From contig NC_092390.1 of assembly GCF_030028105.1 (NCBI RefSeq), forward strand, positions 56,588,777 to 56,652,776: a stretch of DNA of 64,000 nucleotides, read 5' to 3'. Within the stretch, counting starts at the first letter, position 1. Each line of letters begins with the position of its first letter. Source of the DNA: Mobula birostris (Eukaryota). The notes beneath the pieces are model-generated. The model saw only the letters and a list, made by a program, of their open reading frames with translations, was not told the DNA's origin and did not search any database. The translations under genes and the position numbers were made by a program. Below, in pieces: positions 25,165-37,803 of the stretch.

Positions 25165-26200
25165 CATCTCCTCCATTTCCCATACATCTGCTCAGTCTAG
25201 CTTCCTGCCGCCTTATTAGTGATAGAGTTCCACTTGTCCTTACTTACCACCCATCAGCCTCTGCACCCACAGCATTATCCTCCTGTAACTTATACTATCT
25301 CCAAAGGGCTCCTACTACTAAACGTATTTTTATTCCCCACCCCCAACCCCTCTGCTCTCCGCAGGCATCACCTTTCTGCAATTCCCTTGTCCATTCGTCA
25401 CTCTCTGCTGATCTCCCTCCCAAGCACTTATCCCTGCAGGTGGCCTAAGTGCTACATCTGCCCATACACCTCCTCCCTCACTGCCATTCAGGGCCCCAAA
25501 CAGTCTTACCAGGTGAGGCAACGCTTCACCTGTGAATCTGCTGGGGTCGTCTATTGCGTCTAGTGCTCCTAATGTGGCCTCCTCAACATTGGTGAGACCC
25601 ATCGTAAATTGGGGGAGGCTTCGTCGAGCACCTCCACACCATCTGCCACATGCAGGACTTCTGGGTGGCCAAACATTTTAATTCTGATTCCCATTTCCCT
25701 TCCAACATGTCAATCCATAGCCTCCTCTTGTGCCAAAATGAGGCCACCCTCAGGGTGAAGGAGCAACAGCTTGTATTCTGTCCAGATAGCCTCCAATTTG
25801 ATGGCACAATTATCAATTTCTCCCGGTAAAAACACTCCCCCTCCTCCCTCATCTGTTCCCCACTCTGGCCTTTTACCTCTTCTCACCTTCCTATTACTTT
25901 ACACAGGGTTCCCTCCTCCTTCCTTTTCTCCTATGGTCCACTCCCCTCTCGTAACAGATTCTTTCTTCTCCAGCCTTTGACCTTTCCCCACCTGCCTTGC
26001 TTCACTGATCACCTTCCAGTTAGCCTCTTTTCCTCAGCCCCCCCCCCAACTGTTTTGTTCTGACATCTACCTGCTTCCTTGTCAGTCTGAAGAAACGTCT
26101 TGGCCCAAAACTCTTTTCCATAGATGCTACCCAACCCCACCATTTTGTGTGTGTTGCTTTGGATTTCCAGCACCTGCAGACTTTTTCATGTTTGCTATTG
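25165..26200 (+). mobile_element. Penelope-like element, degenerate GIY-YIG endonuclease region plus terminus (others at 43170-43635 -, 50180-51000 -, 55930-57120 -, 57240-57880)
   Basis: CYICPY...QVRQRFTCESAGVVYCV...IGET...KHFNS with stops; shared terminal repeat. Confidence 0.8.
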
Positions 26201-27218
26201 TGTTTTAGTTTAAATATTTTTAAATATTGGCAAATTGGTTTATTATTGTCACGTGATACAGTAAAAAACTTTTTTTTGCATGCCATCCATATAGATCATT
26301 ACATTACAACAGTGAGTCGAGGTAGTACAAGGGAAATAGCAGAACGCAGAAGAAATTGTGCAGGGAGCAGTCTCATCTAGCTTTGCCTCTGGATCTCAGA
26401 CATTTAAAAATCTCTCATATTTCTTATGGCTATGCTGCTGAGAGGCTGGGATACTTTGGGCCAGTAACATTAGTTCTTTGTGTCCTAAGTAAAGACTGGT
26501 TGGGGGAATCCAGGTCAACAAGGTCTAGTCCATTATCTGTCAGCTCTACAGAAAACATTCCTTTATCAATTAGTCACTGTAACATTAAGTCAATGGTAAA
26601 TAAGTTCTCAACAATTTATCAAACGTCAGCAAATTAATTGATAGTTGAGTTTTTAGCCAATGAACTGAAAATCAGAATTAATAAAACAGAATTGTCAAGC
26701 TGCCTATCTTCACAAAGCTACAACCTGTAAAGTTTGACTAACAGGTATGCACCTGATTTGTGAACAATGGCAAATAAATCAGCTGAAATTATATTATTTC
26801 TTAACTAAACAAAATTTCAGTTTCCACCTATAGGAATTTTTTTTAATTTTCAGTAAATGCACAGCAATTTAGTTTGTGCAAGAAAATGTACTCATGGATA
26901 ATGCATTGATTAATATTGTCATTCTTCCACAGAATGGGGAACCCATCTCTTTCAGCTAAAGGTTCATTATGGTGAAGACTCTTTATAGTTATATTTTCTA
27001 ACCAAGAAGATGGAAACTAGTGAAGTTGCTCAGTATATTCTTTCTGAAGCATTGTCTTTTAAAAGTATGGCAATTCATATTTACCACTGAAAAATATAGC
27101 TTGAAAGCATTTTGTTTTGTTTAGTCATTTTTAGATACAATCAATGCCAGTTCAGCAAGAAGATCCAGTAGGTCAAGTCCCCTACAGGTGGTTTAAAAGT
27201 CTGGTATTGTACTTTTAC

Positions 27219-27389
27219 TTAGTATTCATCAAGAGCATCAGTTCGAGGGATGGATAATCCTCGCTCCTTTAATGCTTCACTTTTTGCCTTTTCTGCCTCT
27301 TGCTTTTCATGCTGCTGAACTCTTTGAGCTTCCAGAATCTCCTCGATTGACACTCGCTGCAAAGGGGTATCGGTCTCCCTCTCTAGATC
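27219..27389 (-). CDS. LSM1: LSM1 exon 4 (last coding exon)
   Basis: cacag|DLERETDTPLQRVSIEEILEAQRVQQHEKQEAEKAKSEALKERGLSIPRTDALDEY*; 171 nt. Confidence 0.95.
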   Translation of the reverse strand, partial: DLERETDTPLQRVSIEEILEAQRVQQHEKQEAEKAKSEALKERGLSIPRTDALDEY

Positions 27390-27600
27390 CTGTGAGGATA
27401 ATGTCAGTCATTTAACCATCACAAAGAAACTGGCAAGTTTAAACATTGTGAGACAATTACTTTACTAAATGAATTAGAAGCAAACTACAGTCTATTGAAT
27501 TAAACTGCAAGACTGAATCTGCATGCAAAGTCTTCCCCATACAAGCAATAATTGAATCCATTTTAAAAAATCCATGAATTGAATATTTCATGAAACTTAC

Positions 27601-27716
27601 TATTTCCCCCAGAAGCACCACATTTTCCCCTCGGACAACGAAAATCCCTCTTGGAATATCACCGTACTTCCTTCCTACATGGATTCGCTCCACCGTCCGA
27701 TGAAGAACCAAATTAG
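27601..27716 (-). CDS. LSM1: LSM1 exon 3
   Basis: (A)NLVLHRTVERIHVGRKYGDIPRGIFVVRGENVVLLGEI, Sm2 motif RGENV; AG/GT sites; 116 nt. Confidence 0.97.
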
Positions 27717-28684
27717 CTGCAATATGGAGAGGATGTGTGTTAAGGAATTAGCACAACTGAATACCAAATGTCTCTAGTCATAAAAGACATAATGCGTTAA
27801 TTAATCCAAATAGTAAAGTACAATTCTCAATAAAATTGATTTTTTAGGTTGCCATTGCTCCGCAGTTTTGAAGCTGGATCATTCTTGCCTTAGACAAACA
27901 TGACTCTTAAATTATGTTTTATTTAAATATACAGTACAAAATGCAAAATAAAAATCTCAACTGGAGTAGACAAACCAAACGATCAGAGTACCAATCTAGA
28001 TTAATTGGGGCAAGTGGGATTCTGAACTTTTAGGGTGCATATCAAAACTAAAGGAGTTAAAGAAATTTATATTTACATCCCTTCAAGAGGAACACAACCA
28101 TTGAGGCTTTCCTGCCTCAATGACCTGGAGAGCCATGTTGGCTGGAGAGAGGGCTTTATACTTCAGCTCTTGATAGGGTCACCCATGCCAAACAGGTTAA
28201 AGGGTAGAGGCCAGACTAAGAGTGGTCCACTATCCTCCAGGTTCGGGGGTTCAGCTCAGGGCTAACAACCCTGGCTGGTAAAACAAAACTGTTACAGAAA
28301 CAGCAATGAAGAATTCTACATCTGAGTGCAATGGTATTCCTGAGTCTCCACCCGAGACTTGCGTGACTGACAGTGGTGAAAACTGGGTGGAAGCTACTGA
28401 CATGATGAAGGAAGCCGTGAACGCTGCCAGAGATGAAGTACCTTCACTGCTCTCTCAAATGCCAGCGGCGTAATGGGCAAAAGAAGAATATTTATATCAC
28501 ATTTTATTACCAAACCTGATTAGTTGAACAGTACAAATGAAATGACGTTGTCTCAAAATGTTCACTGTTTTTCTCTCTAGGTTTTCACTCTCTCTATGGA
28601 TACTGCCTGACCTACACAGCATCTTCAGCATTTTCTGCTTAACACAGTTAAATAATAGTCATTTGTTACTGTACCAATACTTAC

Positions 28685-28753
28685 CAAACTGATCCACACT
28701 CCTCAAATATCCTATTAATGTTCTTCCATCTCGAAGTACAACTAAATGCTTTT
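28685..28753 (-). CDS. LSM1: LSM1 exon 2
   Basis: (K)KHLVVLRDGRTLIGYLRSVDQF, Sm1 motif; AG/GT sites; 69 nt. Confidence 0.97.
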
Positions 28754-29764
28754 CTGCAAAAGAAAAAATGAACATTTTAAGTGATACAAAGTATTCTGAA
28801 ACATCATTCCTGATAACTGGAACTAATGTTAATTTCTAACTATAGTCACTACTAATTTCCAGTTCTATCCTGAAAGAGAGGAAGGATGCAAAGGAAACAG
28901 AAGTAAATGGATAAGAACATCAGCTCAGATTTGATCTGATAAGAGGTTGGTTTTATTGCAAAAATCTGTGAATATATTCACATTAAATCAAATGCATAAA
29001 TCCACAAAATTGTAATGTACAGAGGTTAGTAGGTAGTATACAAATAAATGTTAAGCTTTAACACAAATGAAGTAATAATTTATGAGATTCTGAAACTACT
29101 TTTGCACCTGTACCAACACTGCCTTATTCTAACCTCTTTAACATTACTTACCTCCTTCACACTGCTCACATTCTCCTCCTCCTCTAATTTTCAACTCATA
29201 AAACTTTTCTGTTTGTGCCCTATTCCACCCAAAGAATTGCTCAACCATTATCCTGTTCTTACTGGTTACGGTTGCCATAATGCATCCTACTTTAGGGCTT
29301 CAGTCTTGTTCTCTAACTACCCCAAATCCACTTTCAGACTCTCCAATCCTTTTATGAATTATGCCTGCCCTTCAATGTCAGCCATATCCTCAGCTGCCTT
29401 GGCCCACTCTCTCGAATTCTCCCTCTGCATTCCTTTGCTCCTTTATGTTAAGGCCTTTATAAAGCTACCACCCAAACCAAATTTATCCTCATCTTTGCAT
29501 GATGGTATCATTTGATGGATATTCCCGTAAATAATGTTTTGGATTAAATAAATTAACATCATCATTAAAATAATGGACAAATGGATTTCAATTAACTAAT
29601 GGGGCAAAAATCGTCTCCAGTGATCTGAATCCCAAAGAAGGGTCTTGGCCTGGAACATGGACTGCTTATTCATTTCCATCGATGTTGCCTGACCTGATGA
29701 GTTTCTACAACATTCTATGGGTGTTAATCTGCAGAATTAATTATTTTACTAAAACTTGTAATAA

Positions 29765-32670
29765 AACCATAAGAAATAGAAACAGAATTAGGCCATTTGG
29801 CCCGTTGAATCTGCTCTACAATTACATCATGGCTGATCCAATTTTCTTCTCAGCCCCAATCTCCTGCCTTCTCCCCGTATCCCTTCATGCCTGATCAAAG
29901 AAGAACCTATCAACCTCTGCCTTAAATATATGAAACCCCTTTTTATCGGGCATCTCTAAAAACACGGCTGGTTAGCCCCTCACTAAGAAGCCAATGGACT
30001 CAGTGGTGAGAAAACCACCTTTCTCGAACTCCGTATTTCTAGGGTCAATATGACTTGGATCCTACCAGACCAGGTGAGCCAGGGTGTTTTAACCACCTGC
30101 ATCCCAATCTGAGAAAATACTGTGTAAATGCAATTACCTGTCAGCAAGAAATAACACATCATACACTGCATATAATTATAAGAAAGGTGTACTTATGAAT
30201 GCCACATAATCAAACAGTTATTAAAGAAGAATGAAAAAGGGAAAAAAAATAAAAGGGCCCATTATATTTAAAGCAGTCCAATCTGCACAAAGGTGGTGCT
30301 CAGATCTTTCAAGAGCTGGAGGTGTCCATGTACTCAGAGCGCCAACTCCTATTCACCAATCATTGATAGAACTTTTCCATTTGGACCCCATCAAACCACA
30401 CATTCTGGTTGGATCGAATTCTACTGCCAGTTCTCTTGATCATCTTCTCTCTCTCCACCTACCACCGAAAAGGGCCTTGACTCCTATAGTGTCCATCACA
30501 AAACCTCTCTGCCCAGATCTCTCTAGAACCTTCTCCCAATTCCACCTTCCTGATTGGCTGACCTGACTTTCCTAAGCTGATCACAACCTCTTATCTTTAA
30601 TAGTAACTCAAACACTACTACCAGCAGAACACACTGCTCTTACACAAACCAATCAAATGAAATATCTCACAGCATTAGCAGTAAACACTTTGTAAAATCT
30701 TAACCAGGGCATTACATACATGTAAAGGCCTGGTCTCCACAGCCACCTGAATTCCACAGATACACCTATCTCTGGCAAAAGAAATTCCTCCTCATCTTCT
30801 AAAAGGACGCCCCTCTATTATGAGGCTGTGCCCTCTGGTCTTAGACTCTCCATTCATAGGAAACATCCTCTCCACATCTACTCTATCAAGACCTTTCACC
30901 ATTCAACAGATTTCAATGTGGTCACCCCCTCATTCTTCTGAATTCTAGTGAACACAGGCCCAGAGCCATCAAACGCTCTTTATATGAAAAGCTATTCACT
31001 CCTGGAATAATTTTCTTAAACCTCCTTTGAACCCTCTCCACTTTCAGCACATCCTTTCTAAAATAAGGAGCCCAAAAATGCTCACAATACTCCAAGTGAG
31101 GCCTCACCAGTGCTTTATAAAGTCTCAAAATTACATCCTTGCTTTTATATTCTAGTCCTCTTGAAATGAATGAAACATCACATTTGCCTTCTTCAGTATA
31201 GACTTAACCTGCAAATTAACCTATAGGGAATCTTGCACAAGGACTCCCAAGTCCCTCTGCATCTCAGTTTCTTGTATTTTCTCTCCATTTAGAAAATGTT
31301 CAACCCTTTCATTTCTTCTACCAAACTGCATGATCGTACACTTCCCAACACTGCATTCCATCTACCTCTTCTCCTAATCTGCCTGTCCTTCTGGAGCCTC
31401 TCTACTTCCTCAAAAATACCTGCCCCTCCACTTATCTTTATATCATCTGTAAACTTTGCAACAAAGCCATCAATTCCATCATCCAAATCATTTACATATA
31501 ACATAAAAAGAATTGGTCCCAATACAGACCCCTGTGGAAAACCACTAGTCACCTGCAGCCAACTAGTAAAGGCTCCCTTTATTTCCACTCTTTGACCCTG
31601 CCAATCAGCCATTGCTTTATCCAAGCTAGACTCTTTCCTGCAATACCATGGGCTCATAGCTTGTTAAGCAGCCTCATGCCTGGCACCTTGTCAAAGGCTT
31701 TCTAAAAATCCAAGTACACAACATCAACTAATTCTCCTTTGTCTATCCTGCTTGTTAATTCTTCAAATAATTCCAACAGATGTCAGGCAAGATTTTCCCT
31801 TGAGGAAACCATGTTGACTACAGCCTATTTTATCATGTGTCTCCAAGTTTCCTGAGACTTCATCCTTAATAATCAACACCAACATCTTCCCAACCACTGA
31901 GGTCAGACTAGCTGGCCTATAGTTTCCTTTCTTTTGCCTTTCTCCCTTCTTGTAGAGTAGAGTGACTTTTGCAATTTTCTCGTCTTACGGAACCATTCCA
32001 GAATCTAGTGATTCTTGAAAGATCATTACTAATGCCTCCACAATTTCTTCAGCCATCTCTTTCAAAACCTTGGGATGTACTAGTTGGTCCAGGTGACTTA
32101 TCTAACTTCAGACCTTTCAGTTTCCCAAGAACCTTCTCTCTAGCTATGTTAACTTCACACACTTCATGACCCCTGACACCTGGAACTTCCAACACACTGC
32201 TAGGGCCTGACACAGTAAACAGTGATGCAAAATACTTATTCAGTTCATCTGCCATTTCCTTGTCCCCCCATTACTACCTCTCCAGCATCATTTTCCAGTG
32301 GTCCAATATCCATTCTCACCTCTGTTTTACACTTTACGTATCTGAAGAAACTTATAGTATCCTCTTTAATATTATTGGCTAGCTTACTTCTGTATTTCAT
32401 CTTTACCTTCTTAATGACTCTTTTAGTTACCTTCTGTTGGTTTTTAAAAGCACCCATTCCTCTAACTTTCCACTAATTTTTGCTCTATTAAATGCCCTCT
32501 CTTTAACTTTCATATTGGCTTGGACTTCTCCTGTTAGCCACAGTTGTGTCATCTTTCCTTTAGAACACTCCTTCCTCTTTGTGATGTATATATCTTGTGT
32601 CTTCTGAATTCCAGCCATTGCTACTCTGCCGTCATCCCTGCCAGTGTTCTTTTCCAATCAATTCTGGCCA
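29765..32670 (-). mobile_element. Degenerate CR1 LINE in LSM1 intron 1
   Basis: Broken ORFs GFPQGSVLGP...KFTDD, LYKALVRPHLEYC, DKSPGP. Confidence 0.9.
29931..30716 (-). mobile_element. Solo LTR candidate inserted in a CR1 3' end
   Basis: TG...CA ends (TGAAACCCCT...AGGGCATTACA); flanks TATA/TACA form an imperfect 4-bp TSD; CR1 sequence resumes on both sides. Confidence 0.55.
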
Positions 32671-33429
32671 AATTCAACAATTCCATATATTTGTCAGGCA
32701 TAGATGCTGTTAATATGAATGACAAAAAAAAACCTGCTTCCAACAAATAGTTTCTTTAGAATTGCATTATCTTGTTAGTGATCTAAAATAATAAAAAGCA
32801 AAACCCTTCCAATTTTTAACAAACTCCTTCATGAAACTTATAATGCTTATGAAGCTATTTTCCTCGAAAGTATGTGAAATAAAGGCTTCTGTCAATGTTG
32901 ATTTAATGGTCCAATTCCTTTTATCCTCTAGCACAGCACACATTGAATACATCACAGAGACAATCCTTGGAGATTCTAAACAGTTTTGTAAGGCAGAAAC
33001 ATTTTGTTAGACAGCATTATTTCTGCTGATAAATTTATTTAAGGTGTTCTTTGCTTGGAACATAAAATCAACATTATTTGTAAGTCTGTAATTTATGAAT
33101 ACTACATATACAATTGTGAAATGCAGCAGTGTCTCAAGGGCAAAGCAGCAGTATCCACTTCATGAGTCCCATTGTAACCAAACTTGCAACCGTTCTCCAC
33201 AGTGTTACCTGGATGAGCGTTTGTCACTTATACAATATCTATTATGAAAATGGCTCACTGCTACATGGCTTTTCTGTAAACAGATTAAATTTTTTTTTAT
33301 TGAATACTAATAGCCCTTCAACTTAAAGGCAGCAAAAGAATTCTTTCGTTTAGAAATAATGGGGATAAAATAGAGATATATTGCATGCTAACATTTTCTT
33401 CATATTTAATGCAAAATGAAATGTTTTTA

Positions 33430-33434
<5 letters not shown>

Positions 33435-33490
<56 letters not shown>
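33435..33490. repeat. Compound (TA)n(GA)n microsatellite
   Basis: Direct reading. Confidence 0.95.
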
Positions 33491-33493
<3 letters not shown>

Positions 33494-34169
33494 TTTACTA
33501 TAACTTACAGCTTTTATTCTTAACGTATTGCATTGTAATGTTGCTGCATAATGACAAATTTCTCGACATATACCAGTGATATTAAACCTGATTCTGATTT
33601 GTGGAAAAGTCTTGTAGATCAGCAGTGCCTCTGCTAAATACTCCGTTAACACCCTGCATGCTTTCAAATTAGCAATTTATGGGGAATACCTCTGACTTCG
33701 GCAGAGTATTTATTCATGATTACACCTCTAATGTATCTTGGAATGTTGTCTCTCATTAAATACAGCTAATATATAAATATTTTGTGTGGTGCAAGGTGAA
33801 GGTTGAGAAGCAGAAAGAGTGTCCAATCACAGTGTCCACAGCTGTTGAACTGTCATCAACAAGTCTGATTAAAGTGAGTCATCGAAATGCGGCTCATCAT
33901 TCTTTTTAGATCAAACTGTACGTCAAGTTTTTATAGTGGGGTTTGTATGAATAGTTTTATTTAGTGTTTCAAATTTTAGCCCTCAGTGTAAATAAAAAAG
34001 GGACTAACCATGTGAGTGCATTAACCACAAAAGGGTTTGTGTATCATCCCAAATCAAGAGTTTAACTTAAGCTATTTATCTCAATCCAAAACATATTCAT
34101 ATGTTTAAAATACAAAAATGTTGTTAAGTTTATTTTGGATAGGCTATAATTATGGCAGGGACCGACTTC

Positions 34170-34511
34170 TGTCATCACCACATGCCGTGTCGTATGACGT
34201 GGACAATCACGGTCAATGACCATGATTGTTCTTGGCATATTTTTCTACATAAGTGGTTTGCCATTGCCTTCTTCTGGGCAGTATCTTTACAAAATGGTGA
34301 CCCCAGCCATCATCAATACTCTTCAAATTGTCTACCTAACGTCATAACCAGGGCTTGTGATATGCACCACCTGCTCCCATAGCTTCACGTGACCCTGATC
34401 TGGGGGGCTAAGCAGGGGCTCCACCTTGCCCAAAGGTGACCTGTAGGCTAGCGGAGGGTAGGAGCATCTTGTACCTCGTTTGGTAGAGACATATCTGCAC
34501 CCTACCACCCA
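34170..34511 (-). mobile_element. 380-bp SINE-like family, copy 4
   Basis: Aligns with the other copies, with small deletions. Confidence 0.8.
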
Positions 34512-34859
34512 TTTGACCTCTGTAGGTTTTTCGACTGAAAATTCTGAAAGAGATATAAGAAACCACTTAGGTTGCACAGCATTACATTTATGCCAAGTGG
34601 AGAATAATGTAAATGAAAATTATGATAAATATGTAACTTACTGCAGGACCAAGCCATTTGGCCTCTTGAGTCTGTTCTGCCATTTACTAAGATTATAGGT
34701 GATCAGATTCTACACTGCACACTCTTGTCTAGTTGTGGTAAACTTTCAATCCCTTACTGACTAAGAAGCTATTAAACACTGGTCTTTAAAATGCTGGAAG
34801 ACTCTAACTCCACCACCTTTTCTGAGGTACAGAGTACCAAAGACACACAACCTTTAGAG

Positions 34860-34938
34860 AAGGGGTTCCCAACCTTTTTTATGCCATGGACCAATACCAT
34901 TAAGTAAGGGATGGTGGACTCCAGATTGATAACCTCTG
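34860..34938. mobile_element. About 80-bp hAT-type MITE (copies at about 12735-12803, 15137-15217, 50817-50896, 63939-64000)
   Basis: TIR about CAGGGGTTCCCAACCT; 8-bp TSD CTTTAGAG/CCTTAGAG. Confidence 0.75.
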
Positions 34939-35726
34939 CCTTAGAGAAGGAATTTCATCTCATCTCTGTGTTAAGTGGGTAAACTTTAAAGACCACTTTA
35001 AGAGGAAACATAATGTTCACATGTACTCCTCGTTAGGGTGTTTTTGCAGTTACCACATAGTGCAATTAACTTCATTAACTAACTTCAGCCACCAATCTTC
35101 AGATCTGAATATGGACTGCAGATTACATTTAAAATGCAGCTCTGGACAATGGGTTCCGAAGAGCGCTGAACCACAGTTAACTGGAAGACCAGACAACGCT
35201 GATTCAAACTCATTTGGGTGTCTAAGGTATGGGTGTGAAGAGGGAGATGTGAAAATTGTGTGGATTTCAAAGGAAGCAAAAAGAACCAATACTCCATAAT
35301 TTTAATTCCTTCCTTAGACTGCCTATTACATGCCTTTTTTTACATTTTGGAAATCTTATAATAATGTAACATTATCAAGTATCAGAATCACAATGAATAT
35401 TACTATTTTCTATTCAAGAGAAGCTCCAAAGACTTATAGATTCAAGGATTTGTGTAACAAAAAGGAGCTTTAAGGCAAGAATAATTCACAAAATTGTTCA
35501 ACCCTTTTCAAGATATTAGTCCCTTTCCTTTGTTAAAATGTATATTGAGTAACCAGTCTTTCTAACAATGTCCCAGGGACCAATATTCTCCCCATTTTTC
35601 GAAGCATGACCAAAATCTAATAGCTAATTCATTAAAGATATGATTTTTGTTTACAGAACAGTTTGCTGTAAAGTCAACTGGTGCATATTATGGAAAACAG
35701 TTGATATAATACCAGTTGATATAATA

Positions 35727-35763
35727 AGTTCTGACGAAGGGTCTCGGCCTGAAACGTCGACTG
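35727..35763 (+). ncRNA. Minimal hammerhead ribozyme motif at the start of a Penelope terminal insertion (35718-35858)
   Basis: AGTT-CTGACGA-AGG(gtctcgg)CCT-GAAAC-GTC-GACT; 17-bp TSD TTGATATAATACCAGTT at 35701-35717 and 35859-35875. Confidence 0.75.
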
Positions 35764-36213
35764 TACCTCTTCCTACAGATGCTGCCTGGCCTGCTGCGTT
35801 CACCAGCAACTTTGATGTGTGTTGCTTGAATTTCCAGCATCTGCAGAATTCCTGTTGTTTGATATAATACCAGTTCCACTTTGGTAGTGCTAAAGCACCT
35901 ATGCTGTTTATCCTTTTGTTTAAACACAGCAGATCTGGGACTCCTTGATGTGACGAGCAGGCATAAAGGATATGAAGTGTTCCAACCCCGGCATGAATAT
36001 ACTGAGCAAAATGTTGATCATGTTTTGCATTTCAACAATGCTTCCAAGGACTTGTAAATATGTACTCAAAGTAGCTTGGTGTATAATTTACTTTGATCTT
36101 TTATGCAACCAAGTTCTTCCTATACTTTAACCTTCACTGATTTTCCATAACATGCAGCTATCTTTTGACCAGGCTGTCGTACATAACCAGCACCTAAAAT
36201 AGATCAGCATATA

Positions 36214-37803
36214 CAGTGGCATGCAAAAGTTTGGGCACCCCAGTCAACATTTCTGTTACTGTGAATAGCTAAGCGAGTAACAGATGACCCGATTTCCAAA
36301 AGGCATAAAGTTAAAGATGACACATTCCTTTAATATTTTAAGCAAGATTACTTTTTTATTTCCATCTTTTATAGTTTCAAAATAACAAAAAAGGAAAAGG
36401 GCCCGAAGCAAAAGTTTGGGCACCCTGCATGGTCAGTACTTAGTTACACCCCCTTTGGCAAGTAAGTGCTTTCTGTAGCCAGCTAAGAGTTTTTCAATTC
36501 TTGTTTGGGGGATTTTCACCCATTCTTCCTTGCAAAAGACTTCTAGTTCTGTGAGATTCTTGGGCCGTCTTGCATGCACCGCTCTTTTAAGGTCAATCCA
36601 CAGATTCTCAATGATGTTTAGGTCGGGGGATCATGAGAGCCATGGCAAAACCTTCAGCTTGCACCTCTTGAGGTAGTCCATTGTGGATTTTGAGGTGTGT
36701 TTAGGATCATTATCCTGTTGTAGAAGCCATTCTCTTTTCATCTTCAGCTTTTTTTTTACAGACGGTGTGATGTTTGCTTCCAGAATTTGCTGGTATTTAA
36801 TTGAATTCATTCTTCCCTCTACCAGTGAAATGTTCCCCGTGCCACTGGCTGCAACACAAGCCACCCACGTGCTTAACAGTTGGAAAGGTGTTCTTTTCAT
36901 AAAATTCTACACCCTTCTTTCTCCAAACATACCTTTGCTCATTGCTGCCAAAAAGTTCTATTTTAACTTCATCAGTGCACAGGACTTGTTTCCAAGATGC
37001 ACCAGGCTTGTTTAGATGTTCCTTTGCAAACTTCTGACACTGAATTTTGTGGTGAGGACGCAGGAAAGGTTTTCTTCTGATGACTCTTTCATGAAGGTCA
37101 TATTTGTGCAGGTGTCACTGCACAGTAGAACAGTGCACCACCACTCCAGAGTCTGTTAAATCTTCCTGAAGGTCTTTTGCAGTCAAACAGGGGTTTTGAT
37201 TTGCCTTTCTAGCAATCCTATGAACAGTTCTCTCAGAAATATTTCTTGGTCTTCCAGACCTCAACTTGACCTCCACTGTTTCTGTTAACTGCCATTTCTT
37301 AATTACATTACAAACTGAGGAAACGGCTACCTAAAAATGCTTTGCTATCTTCTTATAGCCTTCTCCTGCTTTGTGGGCATCATTTATTTTAATTTTTAGA
37401 GTGCTAGGCAGCTGCTTAGAGGAGCCCATGACTGCTGATTGTTGGGACAAGGTTTGAGGAGTCAGGGTATTTATAAAGCTTTGAAATTTGCATCACCTGG
37501 CCTTTCCTAACGATGATTGTGAACAAGCCATAGTCCTAACAAGCTAACTAAGGTCTGAGACCTTGGTAAAAGTTATCTGAGACTTCAAATCTCTTGGGGT
37601 GCCCAAACTTTTGCATGGTGTTTCTTTCTTCCTTTTCCACTCTAAAATTGTATAAAAGAAAAATAATACACTAATCTTGCTTAAGAAAAGAATGTTTCAT
37701 CTTTAATTTTATGACTTTTGGAGATCAGTTCATCTTCTACTCACTTAACTATACACAGTAACAGAAATTTTGACCGGGGTGTCCAAACTTTTGCATGCCA
37801 CTG
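36214..37803 (-). mobile_element. Tc1/mariner transposon, IR/DR type, with defective transposase (about 36433-37429)
   Basis: TA|CAGTGGCATGCAAAAGTTTGG...CCAAACTTTTGCATGCCACTG|TA; about 210-bp TIRs with internal direct repeats; MGSSKQL...GEGYKKIAK, QQDNDPKH, SPDLNIIENLW; stops and deletion. Confidence 0.93.

Noticed and set aside
4410-27200. STAR-like gene downstream of LSM1, as at human 8p11
   Set aside because: No convincing START-domain exons; only a faint resemblance near 20200-20310.
28200-28280. HDV-like fold in the RTE-related element
   Set aside because: Only a simple hairpin could be built; no pseudoknot.
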